A stretch of DNA of 63,770 bases, counting the filler, from Stramenopiles sp. TOSAG23-3 (Eukaryota), in assembly GCA_900128585.1 (NCBI GenBank). It is 5 parts of 5 records of this genome, joined end to end, with 100 filler letters (N's around TTAATTAATTAA, not from the genome) between each part and the next. Parts side by side here need not be neighbours in the genome. Positions count along the whole stretch, not along the records: positions 1 to 28,597 come from LT642245.1; positions 28,698 to 57,129 come from LT642246.1; 3 more parts are not named here. The stretch is one strand, 5' to 3'. Made by a program: the position numbers and the translations under genes. Below are positions 20,566-31,626 of the stretch, piece after piece. Numbering within the stretch: position 1 is the first letter of the stretch; each line of letters begins with the position of its first letter. Under the pieces are notes generated by a model, which saw only the letters and a program-made list of their open reading frames with translations, was not told where the DNA came from and did no database searches.

Positions 20566-21771
20566 ATGTTGGACGCTGGCAAAGGAGTGCACTTTCCCCG
20601 AACGCACCGGTTATTATGCTTTTTGTCCATAGCCTGCCTCTACTCGATCTTTCTTACAGTGTTCCATTTAATTGGGTACTCGCACCAAAATCATTTGCGT
20701 GTGAACCCCCGGCGTCATAACGAATTGGAGCAGATGGTGACGGAAGAGGTCGTCTCACGATACTTTCCGCGCCTGGAAATTTTTCACCCGTCGGACAAGG
20801 ACTGTGCCGCCAAAGCCAAAGAGAACACCGTGCACGTTGCCTTTGTCGTGGTTGGTGACACAAGAAAATTTTTGACGGCGATAAATTCGTTGTATTTGTC
20901 TCGACTCAAAGACAGCTGTACATACATAGTTTTGCACGTATTGACCGACCAAGGCACGTTGCCAGCGCTTCAGAAATCGACAGTGTTGGGCCTGAGAAAG
21001 GAAGGCTACAAGCCTGGGAACGCCCCGCATCACTCGAAGAACGAGAACAGTCTCATAGTTGCCAACTTGTACATGATCGAACCGTTCCTCCAATTTTTAC
21101 CAGAAACTGTTAAAACGCGGAATTTGCATTATAGTGGAGTCCCGGCCATGTTGAAGTTGATGTACGAGCGTATCCTTCCGCAAAGCGTCCAAAGCGTGAT
21201 TGCCCTGGATTCAGACGTATTGATCTTGAGGGACTTGATCGATTTATGGAAGCAGCGAAAACATTTGGTGGAGGATGGAAGTGCGCTCTTCACCATGGCA
21301 TTCGAACAAAGCGAGTGGTACAAGGACCAGTCTTCTAAATTAAGCCTGGCCCTCTCTGGTGCAATTCTGACGGACGACTTTCACCTATCGTATCGCTGGC
21401 CTCACGTTGGCCGTGGCTTCAACAGTGGGGTTATCTTGATGGACTTGAAGGCAATGCGGAAAACGAAATGGGAAACTCTGTGGAAAAATTCCTATTTCAA
21501 GGTTGCCCAGCAGCACCCGAAGTGGAAGTTGCAACTTGGGGACCAAGACGTTTTTAACGCTTGCATTCACGACCACCCCAGCATTGCTTTAAAATTGCCA
21601 TGTGGTTGGAACCTGCAGGATGCTGGACTGAAAACCAGCTCGTTGCTGTGCAAACCAAGAAAGTCTTGGAGCATAGTTCATTTCAATTTTTTTGCAAAGC
21701 GGCAATCATTTTGGGCAGGGCTGCTGAATGGTATTTACAAGATGAACAGGGAAAAGATACCAGACGACTAA
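20566..21771 (+). CDS. Glycosyltransferase family 8 (LARGE/GXYLT xylosyltransferase-like), type II membrane protein
   Basis: N-terminal TM segment; HYSG, LDSD (DxD), GFNSGV, LGDQDVFN and LPCGWN motifs. Confidence 0.92.
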   Translation: MLDAGKGVHFPRTHRLLCFLSIACLYSIFLTVFHLIGYSHQNHLRVNPRRHNELEQMVTEEVVSRYFPRLEIFHPSDKDCAAKAKENTVHVAFVVVGDTRKFLTAINSLYLSRLKDSCTYIVLHVLTDQGTLPALQKSTVLGLRKEGYKPGNAPHHSKNENSLIVANLYMIEPFLQFLPETVKTRNLHYSGVPAMLKLMYERILPQSVQSVIALDSDVLILRDLIDLWKQRKHLVEDGSALFTMAFEQSEWYKDQSSKLSLALSGAILTDDFHLSYRWPHVGRGFNSGVILMDLKAMRKTKWETLWKNSYFKVAQQHPKWKLQLGDQDVFNACIHDHPSIALKLPCGWNLQDAGLKTSSLLCKPRKSWSIVHFNFFAKRQSFWAGLLNGIYKMNREKIPDD

Positions 21772-21888
21772 TCATTGCGTAGAATGAATTTTTTTCCAGA
21801 GTTTTAGTGTACTACCGTGCGGTATTATACCTGTACTGATTTATAATATTAATATAACCACCACCCACCACAAACCCCCGGTTATAAA

Positions 21889-21957
21889 TACCAGGAATAC
21901 CAGGTACGGGTAAATACCAGGTATATGATGGTACCTGGTACCTGGTACCTAGTACCA
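21889..21957. promoter_or_regulatory. Cluster of TACCWGGTA palindromes (4 copies)
   Basis: Copies at 21898, 21915, 21932 and 21939 between head-to-tail genes; function unknown. Confidence 0.5.
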
Positions 21958-22170
21958 CCACCCGTACAACCAACAAGTACGGCCGCCCCCCCCACGACGC
22001 ACAAAATCAGATTATTTAGAACGCATCTCTCGTATTTGTTTTATCACACGACACTTCCTTTCAACTGTTTATTTTATATTTTCTATCCGGGCATAAACTT
22101 AAGTAAATCAAATGCCTTGTTCATCCACTAATTTAGCTTCCTCTCCCTCTCAACTTACACAAAAACGACT

Positions 22171-23253
22171 ATGACCAACGTTTGCAGTTATTCTTCGACG
22201 GGGGACCGCCAGGGCCAACGAAAATTTGGGTGCCTTTACTTGCTGCCTGTGATATTTTTTTCATTGGCGTACTTTGCTGTATACCTTCCTGCAGCTGAAA
22301 AGGAGGCGAGCTGGCTGACTCCAGAGGGTGGTTGCAGAGTGGTCAGTGAGAGTGCCTCGTACGAATGCAGCTGCCATACAGACCAGTATGGCCACCGCAG
22401 TTGTTCCTCATGCCGTGACTATGAAGTGGAGTTCTCGCCAGACGGCTCCGACGGACAGACGGTCGAAGTGTGGCTCAAAGAAAAGGGTGCCTACGCGTAC
22501 GACGTAGGCACCGTTTACCCCAAATGCAAATACGACAAGGACGATTTCACTTCCCTAGATTTGGAGCCAATCTCCCCGACAGCCCTCCCGGGGTTTATCG
22601 TACTTGTTGTACTTGGTGCCGTTTTCTTGTTATGCCCGATTGTAAGTTGTATCCTGTGCCCTGGAAGCTTCGGGTTTCAAAAGGTGGGTAAACCCAGCGA
22701 GCACCGCGCAAAGTTCCCTACTGGTGTCGTTATTTTTGGTCCTCCAGGAGTAGGAAAACGGACTGTCCTCGAAGTGGCACGTGGGAGAGGGTTCGTAACG
22801 TACGACGTGACTGCAATGGGAAACAGTTATCACACGAGACTAAATGCTTTCAATGCAGCGTATAGCGACTTGCAGCGGCTGGGACACGGACATGATCGTG
22901 GACCAGCTCTGTTTGTGGCGGCTGATCTTCGAAGGCACGATATCCCACGCAATTGTGAGACGGTGGTTCTGAAGCCAAGCTTTGACGTATACGACAAGCG
23001 ATACCATCAATGTTGCGAACGTCGCCCAGAAGAGAATGCGCACAATCACCGTGCAATCTACTCTGGATTCAGAACCTCGATTTTCCACAGGGTTCTTTCT
23101 GGTGATCTTTCTCCAGGCCAGACCCTGGACCTGATTTTGGAGCCGTTTGGGTATGGAAATGCGGACGCGTTTCAATCCACTAGCCTGCCTGCAATTGCTG
23201 TGGCAATGTCAGCAGATGATTCCAAACAATTTCTTTTGCGGACGCAGGTTTAA
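22171..23253 (+). CDS. Two-TM protein with Cys-rich loop fused to a P-loop nucleotide-kinase-like domain
   Basis: Two hydrophobic helices flank a Cys-rich segment, followed by VVIFGPPGVGKRT (Walker A-like). Confidence 0.7.
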   Translation: MTNVCSYSSTGDRQGQRKFGCLYLLPVIFFSLAYFAVYLPAAEKEASWLTPEGGCRVVSESASYECSCHTDQYGHRSCSSCRDYEVEFSPDGSDGQTVEVWLKEKGAYAYDVGTVYPKCKYDKDDFTSLDLEPISPTALPGFIVLVVLGAVFLLCPIVSCILCPGSFGFQKVGKPSEHRAKFPTGVVIFGPPGVGKRTVLEVARGRGFVTYDVTAMGNSYHTRLNAFNAAYSDLQRLGHGHDRGPALFVAADLRRHDIPRNCETVVLKPSFDVYDKRYHQCCERRPEENAHNHRAIYSGFRTSIFHRVLSGDLSPGQTLDLILEPFGYGNADAFQSTSLPAIAVAMSADDSKQFLLRTQV

Positions 23254-23527
23254 TTGGTTGTCAAAAAATTTATAGACTTTTATAAGAACAGCCCTCCCCC
23301 GTCATCCCAACCCACAAATGATAATCCCTTGACTGATTTACAAGACAGACAACGAGCACCTGTAAAACATTTACGCCGCTGCTTGGAAAATCACACAAGG
23401 TTTGAGTTAATCTATGAGTGAGACATCGAACGAGGAAGTTGTCCACGGGTCATTTGCAAACATTGCCAATCCACCTACCGATTCGGATCATGCATGGAGT
23501 TATGTTATGGTATGAGGAAGCTAAATC

Positions 23528-23565
23528 TAATTACTTAAATAACAGCCAATTTTCTTGTTTTTTAA
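23528..23565 (-). repeat. Conserved ~40-bp 3' element, copy 3
   Basis: Reverse-complement core at 23535-23557, about 97 bp after the stop of the minus-strand PH-Sec6 gene. Confidence 0.92.
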
Positions 23566-23653
23566 TCTAGAAGTTATACTCCCCGTGTAAAAATGATGAG
23601 AACTTTTTACTCCTCGGCGGTACTTAATAAAAAATAACATTCCAGACACTTTA

Positions 23654-26600
23654 TTATGAGATAATGCATGCGCAGCCTTGGGACGCAGGCACGCTAACCT
23701 CTTCACCATGCCAATCTGAGTCAATTTCCTTTTCGTTGATTTGAGTGTGGATGTTGTGATTTGAGTTGCTCTTGTCGCGATAATTGTTACCAAGGCTCCC
23801 GAGGGCGTCCAGCTCGTCCAAAATTGCCGCCAACCCTTCCGTTGCGGCAGGCTTCTGCCCAAGGGACGCGCTGGACTCTTTTGCGACAGGCTCCATAGGA
23901 AAATACGATTGACGGGCACTTCTGGCTTGTTTTCCGTCCTTTCGGCGGCCCGACCCTTTTCGGCTGCTTGGGGAGGCGCTGGAATCGTCCAGGGATGGCG
24001 CTGGGGAACGCATGCTGCCCTCTAGGAAGCTTTCGTCGAAAGACCCGTTCACGCTACCCGTTTCCGAGTCAAGGTCAAGGTCCATCGTGTCGAATATCAT
24101 CGATATGCGGCTAAATACTTTTCTACCGTTTTCACTGTCCCGGACCCTCTTGGCTTCGTCTTGCACCAAAGACAGGAATAATGTTATGTTGTTCACCCAC
24201 TCGACCATGTTTGCAGTGTTAGGAGCCCGAAGCGTTAACGTGCGCTCGTGCGGCGTGCCGGCGCACGTCAAAACATGAAATATGTTCTTTTGGCCCTTTT
24301 TGCTGCGCTTGATGTCATCGTCGCTAATATGCGCCCGCATCTCTTCCGACAGCTGGTGGGGCAGTTTCATCAGGCCATCGTCGCCCACTAAACACGCGGG
24401 TTGCACGTCACACCAGGCGCGGTCGATAACAATGACTGGGATACTGTTCGACACGGGCGAACTCGGACCTTTCTGCCAGGCCAGGCTTTTTCGTTTTCGC
24501 CCCATGCCCTCGTGGTGCAGGTCGAGGATGCAGAAGTATCTTCTGTCCCACTTTCGCGGGTACTTCTTGTGCCGCTTTCTTAAATACCCACGCATTTTCT
24601 TCTGTGTGTTCACCAAGCTCGTTCGCCTGGGTTTCCCCTCGGGTTTTAGCCTGTGTTTGGACACCTTGCGGTCAATTGCCGCTTGTTTGGAATCGACCAC
24701 TTCGCTTTCTGGAAGATCGCTGGGGCTGGCGACCAGGTCAATTTCGTCGGGCAAATCTGGTAAATCAAACGAAACGTCCGTAGTATCCGTATACGCGCTT
24801 CCGCGCCCTATTAGCTCTGCATCCGAGGGAAAGTAAGTGTCATCCTGGCCGTCGACTTCATCATCCGAGCTGTCTTGCTCGCCGGCGACCAGCTTCTCGT
24901 TGTTGTTTTGGACCGGCCTGGGCGGCTTTTTGTCGCTGTCGAACAGTTGCTGCCCCGCGAGAATGGTTTTCGAAATTTCGTCGTACTCGGCCTGACTAAT
25001 GATCCCTTGGTCCAACATTTTCTTTGTCGCTTTTAACGGATCGTGCGTAGATTCGCTTTCGCGCCGACTCTTTCGCTTCTGCTGGAAGCTGCCCGCCGAC
25101 TTTGCTTCTTCGGCCCGCTGGGCATCGCTGATGGTGCTCACCAGCTGATCGAACTCTTCCTTCGTAATGTGGCCGTCTTTCAACAGCTTCTTTGCATTTT
25201 GCATGGGTCCTGCGTCCGCTGCGGCGAGCAGACGCTCCTCCTCTTCTGCTCGTTTTCTCGACTCTTCCGCCATCTGCTTCGCTTCAGATTCAAACTCTTT
25301 GTGTTTGTTTATCATCGTCTCGTAGTCTTCCTTGGTGATTTTGCCGTCTACGAACAGCTTGTACATCGCCCGCTTCGCTTCTTCTGGCATGGCGTGGTCA
25401 GTCGGGCTTTTCTGCGCCGGCTTCTTCTTCTTTAAGGACTTGTTCATCCATTTCATTGCCGAACTCCTCACGACGTTTAGGTTGGAACTCTTCAGCTTGC
25501 TGGTCTTGCCCGGCGTTGTCATGCTCGCGGTCATCTGCATCATGCTCGCTCCCCATTTGCTCAGTTTGCTCCGCTTCGACGATTTCTCGTGGTCGTAGAC
25601 GCACTGCAAATGGGCTTTTGGAAACATTTGTTGTATCAGGAGCGACCCGTCTTCGCCAAGAACATTTTTCGAGACGTCCACGGGGGCGAGCGTGCCCTCC
25701 ATCTCCGCCTCTTCCGTTTTGCGCAGTCGCAGCTTGTGGTCCTCAGCCTCTGCCTTCAACTTTCCAAGAGCGAAGCCTTCAGCGTCCATCAGTACTCGGC
25801 ATCGCTCCAAGACTTGGCGGGTATCCTCGTTGGACAAATCCTCTCGCAGGAGCAAAAAGCATGACAAAAAGCAGTACACGTAAGGGGATACGTCCTTTTT
25901 GGTCAGCCCAAGTTCCGTTCGAATGGAGACGAAGACTTGCTGCTCCAGATCGTCGCAGTTTTTCGTCAGGACAGCGACGAGCGCGTCGGTCATCTGCCAC
26001 TGTTGCTTGAAGAGGCGTTTCGCCGCCTTTTCGCCGTCCTCAATGTGCGCCGCAAAAGAGGAGCGAATGCTGTCCAAGTCACGCCTCACCAGATCGACCT
26101 CCTCCTTAGAGAGGCTTTTTCTTTTCATCCTGGCGCCCTGCTTGTCCTTCTTTACAAAGATGTCCAGCAGGTTGGTCGTGTACAGGACTATGCATTCGTT
26201 AAACGAGTACCCAACTAAGGTCAAGTAGGACAGGTTGACCAGCCGGTCGACAAAATCACCCAGGTAGTCATCGATCGTTTCTAAAAGTATCTCCAACGAC
26301 TCGCTACTCTCCCAGTCTTCGTTGAACAGCTGCGACTCCACGTCGCCCAGGTCTTGAAATATCACGCGCCGTATCATGCCGATGGCGTACTGTGACAGGG
26401 AATGGCACTCGATGCGGACTTCATCCAACCGGTCCTCCAGCAGCTCTTCGTCTAGCTCCTCCAACATTTCTCGATGCTGCTCTTCGATTTGGGTATCAAT
26501 GTTGTCCCCGATGTTGTCGCAGTCGTTGATGATGGCGCACAGGAACAAAAGCTCGCTTTCCGGCTCATCAAGCTGCACAACACCATCCCGGAGGACGTCA

Positions 26601-28117
26601 TGGTAGTGCACTATCCCGCGCAGGCACATCCGTATGACGTCCGCTTGCAGCTCCTTCATCCCGCCGCGCCCCGCTATCTGGACGAACTGGTCAATCATGT
26701 TGAACAGGTCCAAGGGCGCAGCAGTGTGGTACTTTCCGTCGTTTGCTTCCATGATCGCCTTTTCTTTGTCGTTCAGCACGAGCTTTGCAATATTTCCACA
26801 CATCTCCTTCAGGGTTGGCTCCGCCTTTGCGCAGTAAGATTCGCGCAGAAAACCGAGCTGGTCTCGAAACTCGGAGGTGTCGAACATCAGCTTGGTGTCC
26901 TCATCAAGGCACTCGGTGAAGGACTTATCGACCAGGTGAATGTACGCCAGCATAAAGTCCATAAGCCGCAGGGCTTCGTGCGACTCCAAGAAACCGACCT
27001 CTGCGCCGTTCGTGAAGTTGGTAACTTTGTATAGCAGTGTAAAGTGGTAAAATGTCAGGTACTCTTTGATTACGTCGAACCGCGGCGGTTCGCAGGAAAG
27101 GCAGGCTTCCGAAATATCGTTCAAGTCGTCCATGACTTCGGTGCACACGTTCATCACTTCGTCCACCGTCTCCACCATGATGCTTTCAAAGGCATCGACG
27201 CTCTGCTGCTGAATTTTTTCTGCCCGCTGGACTGGGTCTTGCGAGTCAAAGTACCGGATGAATTTAGGGTCTTGCTTCACGACGGGGGTGGCTTCCTCGG
27301 CCTGCTTGCCATGTTCCTTTCGTACCGCCTCGGCCTTCAGCATGGCGTCTATCGCACTTTTCAAGGCGGCGATCCACTGCGCCAGATTCTCTTGGCTGCT
27401 GGCCTGCAGGTCCATGTCACGCTGCTTCAGTTTGATCGTAAAGACGCAGCATTCCTGGTCGTTCGGCTTGGAGGGCCGAACATCCAGGATTTCAGAGACG
27501 ACGAAATGCCCGGCGAAGGAGTCAAGCTCGTTCAATGCTTTTGGCTCGTTCTTGTAGTAGCGAACTTCGCCTTCGTAGAGGCGGAAGTAGCGGTCCTGCC
27601 ACCCCCGAAACCGCGACGGGCTCCTCTTCTTGAGCATTCCTTGGAACAGCTTGGCATTGTCCGCGACGATGCTTTGCATCGAGTTTGTGCGGGGCCTATC
27701 CTCGCTCGGTGCACCGGCGGCAGAGTTTAAAATGTTCTGGTATTGGGGCAAGGAAGCATACAGTTTCTGACGGATGAGAATGTTTTTCACCCACGCGTCG
27801 GCCTCCTCGTCGTCCTTCGCGCTCAGGCTGACCGTGTGGTCGTCGAACTCGAGCTCAATGTCCCCGAACCGGCTGGTCACTTCCGCGTCCAAGCAGTACA
27901 GAATGTCAAAGCTGCATAGGATTTTCTTCTTCTTGTCCGACCGATAGTAGTTCAAGTAGTGGTTGGTGGTGACGAAGTACCGCTTCTGCAGGGCATCCCG
28001 CCTGGACTTCTTCATCAGGTACCCGGACATGACGGGCAGGTCCGACGTGTCTCTCGTCACCATGGACGGGCGAAAGCGCTTCTTCGTGATGCCCCTGATG
28101 GCATCCGGCCCCGACAT
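23654..28117 (-). CDS. PH-domain protein with central Sec6/EXOC3-like helical domain and SHOCT-like repeats
   Basis: Three PH domains (GYLMKK..KRYF, GMLKK..WQDRYF, GYLRK..WDRRYF); Sec6-like motifs YHTAAPLDLFNMI, LCAIIND, IFQDL and ETIDDY; three LxxGxI(T/S)xxE(Y/F) repeats. Confidence 0.8.
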   Translation of the reverse strand: MSGPDAIRGITKKRFRPSMVTRDTSDLPVMSGYLMKKSRRDALQKRYFVTTNHYLNYYRSDKKKKILCSFDILYCLDAEVTSRFGDIELEFDDHTVSLSAKDDEEADAWVKNILIRQKLYASLPQYQNILNSAAGAPSEDRPRTNSMQSIVADNAKLFQGMLKKRSPSRFRGWQDRYFRLYEGEVRYYKNEPKALNELDSFAGHFVVSEILDVRPSKPNDQECCVFTIKLKQRDMDLQASSQENLAQWIAALKSAIDAMLKAEAVRKEHGKQAEEATPVVKQDPKFIRYFDSQDPVQRAEKIQQQSVDAFESIMVETVDEVMNVCTEVMDDLNDISEACLSCEPPRFDVIKEYLTFYHFTLLYKVTNFTNGAEVGFLESHEALRLMDFMLAYIHLVDKSFTECLDEDTKLMFDTSEFRDQLGFLRESYCAKAEPTLKEMCGNIAKLVLNDKEKAIMEANDGKYHTAAPLDLFNMIDQFVQIAGRGGMKELQADVIRMCLRGIVHYHDVLRDGVVQLDEPESELLFLCAIINDCDNIGDNIDTQIEEQHREMLEELDEELLEDRLDEVRIECHSLSQYAIGMIRRVIFQDLGDVESQLFNEDWESSESLEILLETIDDYLGDFVDRLVNLSYLTLVGYSFNECIVLYTTNLLDIFVKKDKQGARMKRKSLSKEEVDLVRRDLDSIRSSFAAHIEDGEKAAKRLFKQQWQMTDALVAVLTKNCDDLEQQVFVSIRTELGLTKKDVSPYVYCFLSCFLLLREDLSNEDTRQVLERCRVLMDAEGFALGKLKAEAEDHKLRLRKTEEAEMEGTLAPVDVSKNVLGEDGSLLIQQMFPKAHLQCVYDHEKSSKRSKLSKWGASMMQMTASMTTPGKTSKLKSSNLNVVRSSAMKWMNKSLKKKKPAQKSPTDHAMPEEAKRAMYKLFVDGKITKEDYETMINKHKEFESEAKQMAEESRKRAEEEERLLAAADAGPMQNAKKLLKDGHITKEEFDQLVSTISDAQRAEEAKSAGSFQQKRKSRRESESTHDPLKATKKMLDQGIISQAEYDEISKTILAGQQLFDSDKKPPRPVQNNNEKLVAGEQDSSDDEVDGQDDTYFPSDAELIGRGSAYTDTTDVSFDLPDLPDEIDLVASPSDLPESEVVDSKQAAIDRKVSKHRLKPEGKPRRTSLVNTQKKMRGYLRKRHKKYPRKWDRRYFCILDLHHEGMGRKRKSLAWQKGPSSPVSNSIPVIVIDRAWCDVQPACLVGDDGLMKLPHQLSEEMRAHISDDDIKRSKKGQKNIFHVLTCAGTPHERTLTLRAPNTANMVEWVNNITLFLSLVQDEAKRVRDSENGRKVFSRISMIFDTMDLDLDSETGSVNGSFDESFLEGSMRSPAPSLDDSSASPSSRKGSGRRKDGKQARSARQSYFPMEPVAKESSASLGQKPAATEGLAAILDELDALGSLGNNYRDKSNSNHNIHTQINEKEIDSDWHGEEVSVPASQGCACIIS

Positions 28118-28519
28118 GGTGAGAGCTTAAGCCGTGCGGTAAGCCTTTTCTCTCCCCTCCCAATTTTGTGCGAGCGGTGGACGGTTTCTCTTTCTTATTT
28201 TTTCTTGCTTGCTAAGTGCGCCTTTTTACATATTTTCACGGGACGAGAGCCTTCTCAAGAACGACGACGACAGCGGTTCAATAAAATTTTCAACTGTTTC
28301 CCCCAACAACTAGCTGTTGTAGCAATAAGCAACAAAACAGTTTAATAGTTAAAGAATGAAAGAAAAGGGAACACAAGTATTGTCTTGCCTTGTCTGGCCT
28401 TAATGTCTTTTCTATTTCATCTCATCTCATTTCCTTTCCTTGAATAACTCATCATTTGGAAGCATTAAATGTATAATAAATAAAGAAGTCACATATTATA
28501 TTATTTATTTGTATAATTT

Positions 28520-28597
28520 TTCTTCTTCTTCTTCTTCTTCTTCTTCTTCTTCTTCTTTCTTCTTCTTCTTTCTTCTTCTTCTTCTTCTTCTTCTTCT
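28520..28597. repeat. (TTC)n microsatellite at contig end
   Basis: Read directly. Confidence 0.97.
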
Positions 28598-28697
28598 NNN
28601 NNNNNNNNNNNNNNNNNNNNNNNNNNNNNNNNNNNNNNNNNTTAATTAATTAANNNNNNNNNNNNNNNNNNNNNNNNNNNNNNNNNNNNNNNNNNNN
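28598..28697. other. Artificial contig linker 44N-TTAATTAATTAA-44N
   Basis: Six-frame stop spacer; the same linker is at 57130, 59344 and 61558. Confidence 0.98.
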
Positions 28698-28711
28698 GTG
28701 CCAACTGAAGA

Positions 28712-28844
28712 ACGAAAAATTGGCTGTTATTTAAATAGTTAAAATTTATCAGTGAATCTGCTCTTTAGTCTGCTCCTTTTTTAAATTGCTTAGTATTAAA
28801 ACAAGAAAATTGGCTTCTATAAATTAATTTAAGTAATTAAAAAT
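28712..28844 (+). repeat. Conserved 3' element, copies 4 and 5 (copy 5 interrupted)
   Basis: GAAAAATTGGCTGTTATTTAA at 28714-28734; ACAAGAAAATTGGCT...TTTAAGTAATTAAAA at 28801-28842. Confidence 0.85.
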
Positions 28845-28911
28845 ACTTAGTATATAAATTTAACTTTCTCATGAACCGCGAAAATTTGTTTTTTTATTTT
28901 TTTAAACCATG

Positions 28912-31085
28912 TCAAAGCTCGCTGTTACGGGAGAGTTCGTTCACTTTGGTGCCCACCGCCTCGGCTATCTCCTCAATTTGCCCAGCAGACAGCCTGATCG
29001 TCGGTACCGTCATTGCGTAGGATTCGCGATTCTCGACGAGCACCTTCTTGTACTCCAGGCCGAGGGCAAGGGCGGCGTGCTCGTAATGCTGAGATACAAG
29101 GGTATGAAAGCCGATCTCGATCACAAGGGTCCCGGGAGCGCAGAAAAGAATGTTCGCCAACGATGCCCCGTGAATGCCAAAAACTAAGGATGCTCTGGTG
29201 AACAAAGCCATGGACCTCTCCATCATGGTCTTGCTCCCATCGAATTCAAACAGGTGCCCGTCCGCGAGGCGTGCCGATATCTGCGGGAGTAATTCTGATT
29301 CTGATTCCGTGTCTAACTTTCTGGAAGACGTGCGACGTCTACTGGCATATATTGCCAAGATCTCGTTCCCACGTCCGTGAAGCTTATCAAGGTCCAGGCC
29401 GTCGCGATACGATGCACTCTGAAGGTAGTCTTCGACGAGGACTTGGGACAGCAATACATGCCGTGCATTCTGCAGGAACGCGAAGTTTGTCAAACAGTGC
29501 GTGAGCGTAAATGCGCCCGAGTCGGACCTTACCACGCGGGCTGTGTCGGCCCAAAGCAGCTCCCGCACGAACAACCGCTCGCCTGGTGCGCTGTCCTTGT
29601 TGTTGTTGTCGTACTGGACAATACCAATTTTGTCCATCAGCTGTTTCCCCAACACAATCCGCAGCAACCGTTCCACGAACTGCGGGCCAGAGGAATCTTT
29701 CGGGACGATCAGTTTCATCGAGGGGTCCGAAAGGAAGAACTCTTTCAGCGCGATCAGCTTTGGAACGGATTGAAGGAGAAAGTGGTAAAAACTGTGAGAG
29801 GCAAAGTCGACCTGTTCATGATGAAAACGTGGTTAGGAATGTGTGCGTTAGGAATGTACGAGATATTGTCTACCCAAGGTATACTTACAATGGTTGCGGC
29901 TTTCTGTACTACTGTACGATCATGATGGTGTGGGCTGGGAGGGGGGAATTTATGCGAAAGGCTGTGATCGTAAATTTGCAGAGTAGAGTTTGAACGCCAG
30001 GTCTCCGACAACCACAGGTTCGCGTGCAGCGAGACATACGGGTGCGAACTTGTTTGAAAAATGTCCAAACGACACTTCGATTTCCTCGTGATAACCCCAT
30101 CCGGCCCGTTGAGCTTGGCGTTCTTGACGCGGGCAACAAACCCTACATTTCTCCGTCCCCCCTGCCCGCCGGCAGGGACCTCCCCTTCGGTGAGAAAACG
30201 ACTCGAGTAAGCTGGCCGCCGCGAAATGGCGCCGGGATACGAGTTTTTGTACACTTCTTCGTTGAAGTGCTTCAAAATAACGAGCGACTTATCGCTTTCT
30301 CTGTCTACAGGGGTGGACAGCAGGTCCTCCACTGCGTAAACATGGTAGCCTTTGGGGCACTTGTGTTGTCCACGTTTCTTTCGCTTGGCACCGTTCAGGA
30401 AACGTTGAAAAGTTACGACTCCGTGGAGCGCAATTTCCTGGCTCCGCTCGTAGCTTTGTATGCCACGCGGCCAGTGACTCGTGTCGACCTCGCTGAGCAT
30501 AAATTGCACGGTCGCTAAATCGTAAAACATCCTCGGGGTAGGAAACACACCAATCTGTTCCTTGATCAATGAGTACGAGGCCTGCAAGTCCCCACGCCCG
30601 TTCTGGTAGACTTTGTCTCGCTCAACGGAGAGTTTTCCAAACTTCGTCAGTTTCAGCTGGCTGTCAATTTGCTCCAAAACTTTTTCCTTCTCGCGCTCTG
30701 GGATAGCCCTGTGCTTGTTCCGTTCAACCAATTCGCGCGCCTTTTCCCACATCTCGATCGATCTGTCAAACTGTTGAGAATTGAAGAAGAATGTCGCGAT
30801 GTTGAGATATGCCTCGTGCCGGTCTGGAAGGGCCGCCCTCGCCCTTTCGAACGACTCAACCGCAAGAGTCACGCTCTTGTCGGACTCCGCGGTCTGGCCT
30901 TGGTTTCGCTGCTTAGCGGCAGTCTGAGCATGCATAATCATTTTTTCTATCAGAGCACCATACAGTCGGACCTTGTCATCATAAAGGTTCCCGTGCTGCC
31001 CGAGAACGCACCCACTCCATGCCACGAGGCAACAGAGCCCGAGGAAAATCGCCCGCCGGAACCGCGCTCGTGATATGCAGTGCAT
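28912..31085 (-). CDS. TPR + glycosyltransferase family 61 (EOGT-like) protein, 2 exons (31085-29889, 29811-28912)
   Basis: A 77-nt intron (GTAAGT...CTAAC...CAG) joins the two track ORFs in frame (AATI|VDFASHSFYHFLLQSVPKL). GT61 motifs HGASLANILF and VIEI; signal peptide; C-terminal NSEL. Confidence 0.88.
29812..29888 (-). other. Spliceosomal intron, 77 nt
   Basis: GTAAGT donor, two CCTAAC branch-like sites and a CAG acceptor; removal restores the reading frame. Confidence 0.9.
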
Positions 31086-31626
31086 GGCGGCTGTGTAATC
31101 CTATTTGTTCCACTGCGATTTTTAAGAAATCACCTTTAAATGCATACAAAAAATGTGAGAGAAGAAACCTCGGAAAAGTGAGGTAAATGTGAAATGCACT
31201 TATATGTCGAATAATCTTTAAGATAAGGTTACATTTTCCTTTTTCCATTATTGACTCTCGGTTGGACTGTGAGGTTTTTTTTGTACAGCCTAGCAGGGCA
31301 CCTGTTTTATACTTATATAAATATTATTAGTACCAGTACCCTGTATTATACCTGGTAGTACCCTGTACGGTACAGGTACCGTACCGGGTGCATAGTCAGT
31401 CTCTTCGATTTCTTGATGACGACAACCAAATAACCTTCCTCTTTCTTTATATTATAATTATTTTGTTTTTTGTTTGTTTTGTGTTTTGCCTTCTTCTGCA
31501 TTAGAGCATGTTATATAATAATAGCAAAAACAAATTTTATTACCAACATTTTTTTCTTTTAAAGACCTATTTTGTTGCCTTTAACTCCCTTCCCCCTTCC
31601 TTTATCTTCTACAAGGGCCTTCAAAC

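Noticed and set aside
29718-29888. Programmed frameshift or two separate genes at the GT61 locus
   Set aside because: Explained by a canonical 77-nt intron.
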